From a virus (lineage: Duplodnaviria; Caudoviricetes), in IMG/VR virus record IMGVR_UViG_3300031760_000003, positions 101,480 through 165,479 of that record: DNA of 64,000 nucleotides. One strand, written 5' to 3'. The first letter of the stretch is position 1, and the number at the start of each line of letters is the position of its first letter. Positions 57,601 to 64,000 of the stretch are shown here, one piece after another. Below the pieces are notes generated by a model. The model did not search any database and was not told the origin of the DNA. It was given only the letters and a program-made list of their open reading frames with translations. The position numbers and the translations under genes are program-made.

Positions 57601-58574
57601 GTGGAGCTTTCGATGAGGTCGATGAAGATTTAGACCATGATAGAAGAAAAATAATGACATTTTATTTAATGAATAGTTGTGATGCAAAGAAAAGGATTAC
57701 ACTACAAAATTTTAAAATGCTCATTGAGAAGAATCTTGTTCCAGATTATTTAACAGACCAGATAAGAATATTTAATCTTAATGCTTATTTAAAAAAGAAT
57801 AAGAATAAAGAATATTATAATCTTGATGACTCTGTATTAACTTGCTTTAATAATCATTATAATAGTTGTAATGAAATGGTTAAAATTATAGATGGAAAAT
57901 CTTTAATTCTGCAAACAGATTGGGATAAATTCTATAAGATTAACATGGAACCGGCAAGAGAATGGACAAAGGAAAAGCAGGATGAAGTATTATATCTTCT
58001 TAATAAAGCATTATTTATGGATGCTTGGGAGAAATATGCTACAGGCAATACTTCGCACTGGGAAATGTCAGCACTTTGCTTCTATCATGGTAAACATGAA
58101 TTAGCAGATGTGCAGAAAACTAAATATGGTATAAAAGATTTCGTTGATTTACCTACGGAGCCTGAAGTTGATTATTATTTCAAACGTGCGGGAAGACAAA
58201 TTCCTATTTATAAGTTAACTCGTATAATTGGTACAGTTATTATGAAAAATGATAGTCGTTCATCTGTAACAATATTAACAACAACCGGTGTTGTTGATGT
58301 TAAGTTTACTCGGGATTATTATGCCATGTTTAAAAAACAGATTAGTGCGATAGGGGAAGATGGTAAAAAGCACGTTATTGAAAAATCTTGGTTTACCAGA
58401 GGTAGTAAGATAATGGTAACAGGATTTAGACGAGATAATCAATTTGTTGGTAAAACTTATGCGAATACAGAGGGGCATCAGTTATATAAGATAACAGATG
58501 TTATTGGTGACGGTATTAAGTTACAGCATGAGAGATTTAGCGGAATCGAAGAAGATAACGAATATGATGAGTAG
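54642..58574 (+). CDS. dnaE: DNA polymerase III alpha subunit (family C)
   Basis: PHP domain HSHT..S...AITDH; GRGS, DIDLD, HASGV, KYDFL, YSFSVIHA; C-terminal OB fold. Confidence 0.95.
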   Translation: MSRMECHSHTMYSNIRLLDATNKPKELIDKAIELGLSGIAITDHECLSCHVEVNMYSQKLKEKFPDFKVALGNEIYLTDNRESNQKYYHFILVAKDKEGHKQLRKLSSVAWMNSYYDRGMERVPTLKSELSEVVKANPGHLIATTACIGGELGSNILNLEVARKVGDKQTESVCKQNIIDFILFCKDLFGDDFYFEVAPAANKEQIIVNKKIAELSVVFGVKMIIGSDAHYLTKEDRYVHEAFLNSKGGEREVAQFYEYAYLQAEEEIKENLAPSIADLYEQMCKNSMEIYNKIEDYSLLHSQQIPKVAVKDYPKETVDLGHPILADMYKSDDIYERYWVNECVNKLKELGKDNEEYLDRLEEEADIKKTIGKALDTNMFSYPITLQHYVDLFWKCGSMVGAGRGSSCSGLNHYLLGVTQLDPIEWNLPFWRYLNKERYELGDIDLDLCPSKRPMILNEIKKERGKNFLPEIDDLTRQNCGCTLIATFGTETTKSAIQTSCRGYRSDEFPEGIDVDTAQYLSSLVPQERGFLWDLHTVVYGDTSKGRKPVTAFINEVNRYPGLLNIMFGIEGLISRRGSHASGVIMFDEDPYEFGCFMKTPSGDIITQYDLHMAEAAGMTKYDFLVTQVQDKLVQAIKFLQEDGQIESDLSLREVYDKYFHPSVLPIEDKAIWKNIQDVKILDLFQFDSTVGSQSAKKIKPTNILELADANGLMRLMTSEDGGEQPIDKYVRFKNNIELWYDEMRRYGLTDEEMETLKPHFLKSHGVPPSQEQLMTMLMDPKICHFSLKDANAARKIVGKKQMDKIPGLHKQVLEQAARPELGKYIWECGIGPQMGYSFSVIHALAYSFIGYQTAYIATKWSSIYWDAACLVVNSGSLGGEEESESDVDTEEDKKKEKGTDYAKIARAIGAIKTKGIDVSLVNINTSDYSFKPDVKNNRILYGLKALSNISDETVAKIKAGRPYSNIKDFMRRCPLTTQPMISLIKGGAFDEVDEDLDHDRRKIMTFYLMNSCDAKKRITLQNFKMLIEKNLVPDYLTDQIRIFNLNAYLKKNKNKEYYNLDDSVLTCFNNHYNSCNEMVKIIDGKSLILQTDWDKFYKINMEPAREWTKEKQDEVLYLLNKALFMDAWEKYATGNTSHWEMSALCFYHGKHELADVQKTKYGIKDFVDLPTEPEVDYYFKRAGRQIPIYKLTRIIGTVIMKNDSRSSVTILTTTGVVDVKFTRDYYAMFKKQISAIGEDGKKHVIEKSWFTRGSKIMVTGFRRDNQFVGKTYANTEGHQLYKITDVIGDGIKLQHERFSGIEEDNEYDE

Positions 58575-58655
58575 GGCGGCAACCATACAAGATATTGTAT
58601 GAAAATTAAAAAAGTAATACAATATCTTGTGCCTCCCGCCGCAAGGAGAAATAAA

Positions 58656-59093
58656 ATGGAAGATAATAAATGTTTTGCTTGGGCAGATAAAGATACTTTT
58701 ATGGAAATTCCATCATTAGATAATTTATGCAAAGCACTTAAATATAAATTTACAAAACAAGATGAAATTATAGAAAATTTAAAAAAGGAAAATCAAGAAT
58801 TAAAAGAAGAGGTTTGGAAAGATAAAAAGCTTCAAGAAATGGAAAAAAGACTTAAAAGAATGGAAGAAGAATATCTTTTAGGTTTCCCCATTTCTAAAGA
58901 AGACTATGAAAAAGCACAAAATTGGATAACTCAACATGAGAAAGAAAAGCATAGTTTATTCAACAAGGGCTATTCCCGCGGAGGTTGCATTGGAGGCTCT
59001 TACACTTGGGAATTTACTCCAACTGGTATAGGAACTTTTGGTACTGTTAAATGTACTTGCGGAGATAGTTTTGATTTTCAAAAAGAATATTAA
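58656..59093 (+). CDS. Hypothetical coiled-coil protein
   Basis: Start after aaggag; GCIGGSYTWEFTPTGIG...KCTCG. Confidence 0.6.
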   Translation: MEDNKCFAWADKDTFMEIPSLDNLCKALKYKFTKQDEIIENLKKENQELKEEVWKDKKLQEMEKRLKRMEEEYLLGFPISKEDYEKAQNWITQHEKEKHSLFNKGYSRGGCIGGSYTWEFTPTGIGTFGTVKCTCGDSFDFQKEY

Positions 59094-59106
59094 AAAGGAG
59101 ATAAAA

Positions 59107-59343
59107 ATGGAAAATAATAATGTTAACCATCCTAAGCATTACGTTAGAGAAGGCGGTATGGAGTGTATCGATGAAATGTTACTCATTTTCGGAGTCGAAG
59201 CGGTTAAAAACTTTTGTGTATTAAACGCATGGAAATACCGTTATCGCTCTAGTGCTAAGAATGGCGAAGAAGATATTAAGAAAAGTGATTGGTATATTAA
59301 CAAATACCATGAAATACTTGCTCTTGAACACAAGGTAGAGTAG
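59107..59343 (+). CDS. DUF3310 (T7 gp1.7-like nucleotide kinase domain) protein
   Basis: VNHPKHY...ECID...NAWKYRYR...KNGEEDIKKSDWY. Confidence 0.85.
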   Translation: MENNNVNHPKHYVREGGMECIDEMLLIFGVEAVKNFCVLNAWKYRYRSSAKNGEEDIKKSDWYINKYHEILALEHKVE

Positions 59344-59445
59344 CGATACAATACCTAGTGGACTAATAAACATAATTTCACAGAAAAGATTTTTATATAT
59401 AGTTATAAGCCCTAAAAATAATTTAAATAAATAGGAGGAAAACAT

Positions 59446-61755
59446 ATGAAAATCCAAAAACGAGATGGTACTTATCAAGAGTTTGATAGGAATAAAATTA
59501 TCGACGCTATCTTAGCTGCTTTTGAAGAAGTAGACGGAGATGTAGATGACTATGCCATTATTAAGGCTGGAAATATTGCTGATTATATTGGCGATTTAGC
59601 CGAAACTAAAACTCTCGGAATCGAAGAAATCCAAGATTTAGTTGAACATGGATTATCAAGCACTAAACGAAAGGACGTAGCAAAGGCTTATATCCTTTAT
59701 CGAGATAAAAGAACAAGAGAAAGAAATAGAAACAATGAATTAACCAAAGAAGTTGGTGACGCATTATTCGCAAAGAATGTTGAAAATTCTAATGCTAATA
59801 TGGATGAATATAGTTTTGGCGGCAAGTGGGGCGCCGCATCTTCAGTTATGACTAAAGATTATGCTCTAAACTATATGTTATCTGACAAGGCTAGAAAAAA
59901 TCATTTACAGAATAGAATTTATATTCACGATTTAGACCACTATGCTCTTGGTGATCATAACTGTTTAACCATTCCCTTTGATGATTTACTAGCTAAGGGA
60001 TTTAATACAAGACAGACTGATGTTAGACCTGCAAACAGTATAAATACGGCATTTCAATTATTAGCAGTTATATTTCAGTTACAGAGCCTCAACCAGTTCG
60101 GTGGAGTTTCGGCTTCACACTTAGACTGGACTATGGTTCCATACGTAAGAAAAAGTTTCTTTAAACACTATCTATTAGAGTATTTAAAGGACAGAGATGA
60201 TTTCTATGAGCTGGACTTAGAAGAAATGACCGAAGAAGAATTAGATGAATGGGTTGCAAAAAATAAAGCATATTATTTATCAAAATTCAATCTTAAAGAA
60301 GAAGATTTTTATATCGGAACAGATGCGCCTCTTGATAGAAGATATCATAAAAGAGCTTTATTTGAAACTAGGAGAGAATTAAAACAGGCGGTTGAGGGTA
60401 TGTTTCATAACTTAAACACACTGCAATCGCGTTCGGGTTGTCAGTTACCATTTACTTCAATAAACTATGGTACATGCACACTTCCTGAAGGACGTATGGT
60501 AATAAAAGCATTATTAAATGGAACTTTAAATGGTGTTGGTGGGTTCCATAAGACAAGTGTTTTCCCTTGTTGTATTTTCCAATATATGAAGGGCGTTAAT
60601 GATAGAGAAGGTACTCCTAACTATGATTTATTTAAACTTGCCGTTAAAGCAACCGCACAGAGACTGTATCCAAATTACGCCAACGTAGATTGGTCAGGTA
60701 ATGCTGGATATGACCTCAATGATCCTCGTACCTACTTCAGTACGATGGGATGCAGAACCGCTAACGGCTGGGATATAAATGGATTTGGACAGCTAAAGGA
60801 TGGTAGAGGTAACATTTGTCCTGTAACCATTATCCTTCCAACTTTAGCAATGGAAGCAAAAGAACTTGCTAATGAAAGAGGAATAGATATCGTAACCTTC
60901 CCTGAGCGATTACAACGTTGTTTTATGGAGTTACTTGATAAAGCTATTTCAGATGCAAAAGATATGCTTATTGAGCGTTTTGACTATATCTGTAGCCAAG
61001 ATGCATCTTCCGCAAAATTTATGTATGAAAATGGTACTATGGCTGGTTACGTACCCGAAGAAGGTATACGATCAGCACTTAAGCATGGTACTTTAGCAGT
61101 GGGACAATTAGGATTAGCCGAATGTCTACAAGCCTTAATTGGTTGTGACCAAACTGAAGAGCGTGGAATGGTATTAGCAAAAGAAATCGAGCAGTTATTT
61201 AAAACTCGCTGTGCCGAGTTTAAAGAAAAGTATAAGTTAAACTTTGGCGTTTATTATACTCCTGCCGAAAATTTATGCTATACTGCAATGAAGAAATTTA
61301 AAGCTACCTATGGAGAAATTCCTAATGTCAGTGATAGAGAATATTTCACTAACAGTATCCACGTACCGGTATGGAAAGAAATTTCACCAATAGAGAAAAT
61401 CAATATTGAGAGTCAGTTAACTGGATATAGTTCTGCGGGATGCATTACTTATGTAGAACTTGAAGGTAGTGCTAAACATAATTTAGACGCACTTGAATCA
61501 ATTATTAAGTATGCTATGGATAAAGATGTTCCATATTTTGCCATTAACGTACCTAATGACCTGTGCTTAGATTGCGGTTATTCAGATGAGATGAATGACG
61601 TCTGTCCGCAGTGTGGTAGTGATAATATTCAGCGTCTCCGCAGGGTAACAGGTTATTTAACAGGTGACTACCGTACGGCGTTTAACCCAGGTAAAATAGC
61701 CGAAACAGAACAGCGTTTTAAACATAGCAAGATGATTCCAGGTTGGAAATCTTAA
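59446..61755 (+). CDS. nrdD: Anaerobic ribonucleoside-triphosphate reductase with ATP cone
   Basis: IQKRDG ATP cone, HNCL, MGCRT, TPAENL, CPQCG, RRVTGYL glycyl-radical motif. Confidence 0.95.
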   Translation: MKIQKRDGTYQEFDRNKIIDAILAAFEEVDGDVDDYAIIKAGNIADYIGDLAETKTLGIEEIQDLVEHGLSSTKRKDVAKAYILYRDKRTRERNRNNELTKEVGDALFAKNVENSNANMDEYSFGGKWGAASSVMTKDYALNYMLSDKARKNHLQNRIYIHDLDHYALGDHNCLTIPFDDLLAKGFNTRQTDVRPANSINTAFQLLAVIFQLQSLNQFGGVSASHLDWTMVPYVRKSFFKHYLLEYLKDRDDFYELDLEEMTEEELDEWVAKNKAYYLSKFNLKEEDFYIGTDAPLDRRYHKRALFETRRELKQAVEGMFHNLNTLQSRSGCQLPFTSINYGTCTLPEGRMVIKALLNGTLNGVGGFHKTSVFPCCIFQYMKGVNDREGTPNYDLFKLAVKATAQRLYPNYANVDWSGNAGYDLNDPRTYFSTMGCRTANGWDINGFGQLKDGRGNICPVTIILPTLAMEAKELANERGIDIVTFPERLQRCFMELLDKAISDAKDMLIERFDYICSQDASSAKFMYENGTMAGYVPEEGIRSALKHGTLAVGQLGLAECLQALIGCDQTEERGMVLAKEIEQLFKTRCAEFKEKYKLNFGVYYTPAENLCYTAMKKFKATYGEIPNVSDREYFTNSIHVPVWKEISPIEKINIESQLTGYSSAGCITYVELEGSAKHNLDALESIIKYAMDKDVPYFAINVPNDLCLDCGYSDEMNDVCPQCGSDNIQRLRRVTGYLTGDYRTAFNPGKIAETEQRFKHSKMIPGWKS

Positions 61756-61800
61756 AAAAATTATGTTATAATTTTTATATAAATAAAAGGAGTTTTTAAA

Positions 61801-62184
61801 ATGAGTGAAGAAGGAATATCTAAATATGACTACATGAAAGCATGTATGAAACAGATAGAGACTCCACTTGATCCTATCACTGTTATGACTAATCTTGATG
61901 AAATTGCAAATAAAGTAATTAACTTTGCTGATTATTATATGTTACTTTGTAAAGAAAGAAGTGACTATACTGTAATTCATTTAACTCATAAAGCTCCCGC
62001 TGAAGAAGAAAAGAAATCATTTAAGAACCTCCTCTTAGACTGTTTTCAGTCAAGAGGAGCAATTATAGATATGCGGGATGGGGTAGAAGATAACTCATGG
62101 GAGATATGGTTAAGAGATACTATTACTAATGAAGATGTAATGTATATATTATTTAATTATAGTTTTGGAGTTGAAGAAATATAG
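61801..62184 (+). CDS. Hypothetical protein
   Basis: RBS aaggag; YYMLLCKERSDYT...EIW. Confidence 0.65.
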   Translation: MSEEGISKYDYMKACMKQIETPLDPITVMTNLDEIANKVINFADYYMLLCKERSDYTVIHLTHKAPAEEEKKSFKNLLLDCFQSRGAIIDMRDGVEDNSWEIWLRDTITNEDVMYILFNYSFGVEEI

Positions 62185-62195
62185 GAGGTATTAAG

Positions 62196-62480
62196 ATGTC
62201 GGCAGATGTTAATATGGTAATATTTTTTGCCCCTTTCTGTATGAAACAAACTATAACATTTTTCATAGGCGATAAACAAATTTCAACTTATTCAGTTGGA
62301 TTAAATGAAATAGAGTCTATTTTTAAACTCGCCAAAAGCCAGTATAATGTAAAAACAATTACATATTCAAATGAAAAAATGTTTAAAGCTCGTTTTGAAA
62401 GAATGGCGGCTTCTTATTTCCCAGATGCTATTCAAGGTAAAACCCATAAATATAATAAAAATAAAAAGAAGGAGAACTAA
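62196..62480 (+). CDS. Hypothetical protein
   Basis: RBS aggagg. Confidence 0.55.
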   Translation: MSADVNMVIFFAPFCMKQTITFFIGDKQISTYSVGLNEIESIFKLAKSQYNVKTITYSNEKMFKARFERMAASYFPDAIQGKTHKYNKNKKKEN

Positions 62481-62483
62481 TAA

Positions 62484-62786
62484 ATGAAATTTTTAACAAA
62501 AGTAACAGAAGTTTACAGAGTAGGTTCAGAAAATGAGGCAGCCGCACTTATTGCAGATGCTAAGAAAGATGGTCGTTTTACACTCTCTAAATCATCAACA
62601 GAGTATAAAACAGTAAAGCAGAAGGGTGAAATTATTGACGAGTATTGGTTAACTACACTTGTAAAACAGTTTACCGATGCAAAAGATCCAGATTGTACTG
62701 TAGATGTACAGTATATTTATGACCAAGGAGTTTTTCCGGAGGTAAATGACAATAGTGATAATGATACGGAAGAGGATGAAGAGTAA
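62484..62786 (+). CDS. Hypothetical protein
   Basis: RBS aaggag; acidic tail. Confidence 0.6.
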   Translation: MKFLTKVTEVYRVGSENEAAALIADAKKDGRFTLSKSSTEYKTVKQKGEIIDEYWLTTLVKQFTDAKDPDCTVDVQYIYDQGVFPEVNDNSDNDTEEDEE

Positions 62787-62787
62787 T

Positions 62788-63249
62788 ATGGGAGAATGTT
62801 GTTCAAATAAAGTTTATCTCGCAGAAGTAAAGAAACTGCGGGAAGACGCGATACTACCAGTTTTAGGTAGTAACTTTTCAGCGGGATATGATTTATCCGC
62901 AGCTATAGATGATGACGTTGTTATTCATCCTGGTACTTGCGAGAAAATTAATACCGGTTTAGCAATAACCCCTCCAGAAGGATATTTTGGAGCAATCTTT
63001 GCTAGAAGTGGTATGGCTACAAAACGAGGATTAAGACCTAGTAACTGTGTTGGTGTTTGTGATGCTGATTATACGGGACCTTATATCGTAGCTCTTTACA
63101 ATGATAGCGATGAACCGCAAATAATCCATAATGGTGATAGAATTGCTCAGTTGGTATTTTTACCTTACATTCATCCAGTTTTTATGGAAGTTGATGAGTT
63201 AAATCCTACCGATAGAGGCGATGGCGGTTTCGGTCATACAGGAATTTAA
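62788..63249 (+). CDS. dut: Trimeric dUTPase
   Basis: AGYDL, ARSG, GVCDADYTG, RIAQL, RGDGGFGHTG. Confidence 0.93.
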   Translation: MGECCSNKVYLAEVKKLREDAILPVLGSNFSAGYDLSAAIDDDVVIHPGTCEKINTGLAITPPEGYFGAIFARSGMATKRGLRPSNCVGVCDADYTGPYIVALYNDSDEPQIIHNGDRIAQLVFLPYIHPVFMEVDELNPTDRGDGGFGHTGI

Positions 63250-63308
63250 TAATCGGTCAAAAATACTCAATATTTTCTTTTCAAAATTGAAATATATAAA
63301 GAAATATA

Positions 63309-63341
63309 AAAGTCTCCTTTTATAAGGAGACTTTTTTCTTT
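63309..63341 (+). terminator. Hairpin/terminator
   Basis: aaagtctcctt-ttat-aaggagacttt followed by Ts. Confidence 0.6.
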
Positions 63342-63370
63342 TATATAATTTTTGGAGGAAAGGAGATAAA

Positions 63371-64000
63371 ATGGCTAATCAAGTAGTTGAACATTTAGAA
63401 ATTGAAGGAAGTGGCATATATGATATCCATGACCCTTCCGCAGCAGGTCATAGCGACATTGATTCTTTAACTACTGAAGTTACTACTATCAATAATAAGA
63501 TAGGTAATACAGATATAGGAGTTGGTAAAACTATCACATCTGCAATTAAAGAATTACAAGATAATGATAGTTCAAGAGTTACTTCTGTTGATGGTCAAAC
63601 TGGCGACGTTGATTTAAGCAGTGTATATGCTCCAACTAGTCATACCTCCGTTAGAGCAACAGATGTAACCTTAGGTCATGTTACTTTAACTGATACTATA
63701 GATAATAATGAAACCGCATCTGCGGGAAAGGCTGTAACACCGAATGCCGTTAAAACCAAAATTGATGCATTAACGACATTAATTAATCAAGTGGATGGAA
63801 GAATACCATCTTTAACAGGGTATGTACAAAATGTAAACGGTCAGGTTCCAGACCCCTCTGCCGCAAATGGTAGAGTAGATATTAGAGCGCAGCATATTCC
63901 ATATAGTGGTACAACTAGTGGTATGACGGCAACCAATATTCAAGATGCTATTGATGAATTAAAAGCAACTACCGATAACTTCTCGGAAATAGAAGCTAAT
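63371..64000 (+). CDS. Tail fibre-like protein, truncated by the window end (not in ORF track)
   Basis: MANQVVEHLEIEG...VTSVDGQTGDVDL...LGHVTL...AVTPNAVK...TNIQDAIDEL; frame open to the end. Confidence 0.75.
   Translation, partial: MANQVVEHLEIEGSGIYDIHDPSAAGHSDIDSLTTEVTTINNKIGNTDIGVGKTITSAIKELQDNDSSRVTSVDGQTGDVDLSSVYAPTSHTSVRATDVTLGHVTLTDTIDNNETASAGKAVTPNAVKTKIDALTTLINQVDGRIPSLTGYVQNVNGQVPDPSAANGRVDIRAQHIPYSGTTSGMTATNIQDAIDELKATTDNFSEIEAN

Noticed and set aside
859-59478. Short minus-strand and alternate-frame ORFs in the ORF track (e.g. 859, 2630, 34958, 38221, 42014, 51071)
   Set aside because: They are shadows of long + strand genes, lacking RBS and recognisable motifs
31913-61755. Inteins or introns in gyrA/B, dnaB, dnaE or nrdD
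   Set aside because: Lengths are normal, frames are continuous, and there are no intein or homing endonuclease motifs
1-64000. Stop-codon reassignment
   Set aside because: Genes are full length in the standard code, TAG and TGA both act as stops, and there is no suppressor tRNA

Overview
A 64-kb segment of a large, AT-rich (~30% GC by eye) tailed phage genome. The host is probably a Firmicutes (Clostridia/Lachnospiraceae-like, gut or rumen) bacterium. Essentially all real genes are on the + strand. Layout from left to right: (1) the 3' half of a diversity-generating retroelement (template-repeat end, structured spacer, reverse transcriptase); (2) a long tail-fibre/receptor-binding region with an embedded holin-endolysin pair and two GT2 glycosyltransferases, each next to a fibre-like gene; (3) an RNA-rich region with 4 CCA-less tRNAs, a tRNA-like RNA with an enlarged anticodon arm, three tandem structured RNA units, a kissing-loop RNA and a ~610-nt ROOL-like large ncRNA, followed by RNA end-healing enzymes (PNK-like kinase, Thg1, phosphoesterase); (4) a near-complete DNA replication and nucleotide module (RNase H, GyrB/GyrA, LigA, SSB-like, Sak4-like ATPase, DnaB, primase, RecJ, RecD/Dda-like helicase, DnaE, NrdD, dUTPase); (5) the start of another fibre-like gene. 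Sequence-level signals outside the annotated features: a second promoter class with fixed long spacing (TTGGNC...+36 TAHATA), strong enrichment of GCGGCAA, and an insertion that replaced the helicase 3' end and left the old end downstream. All calls are from manual reading; no database searches were run.
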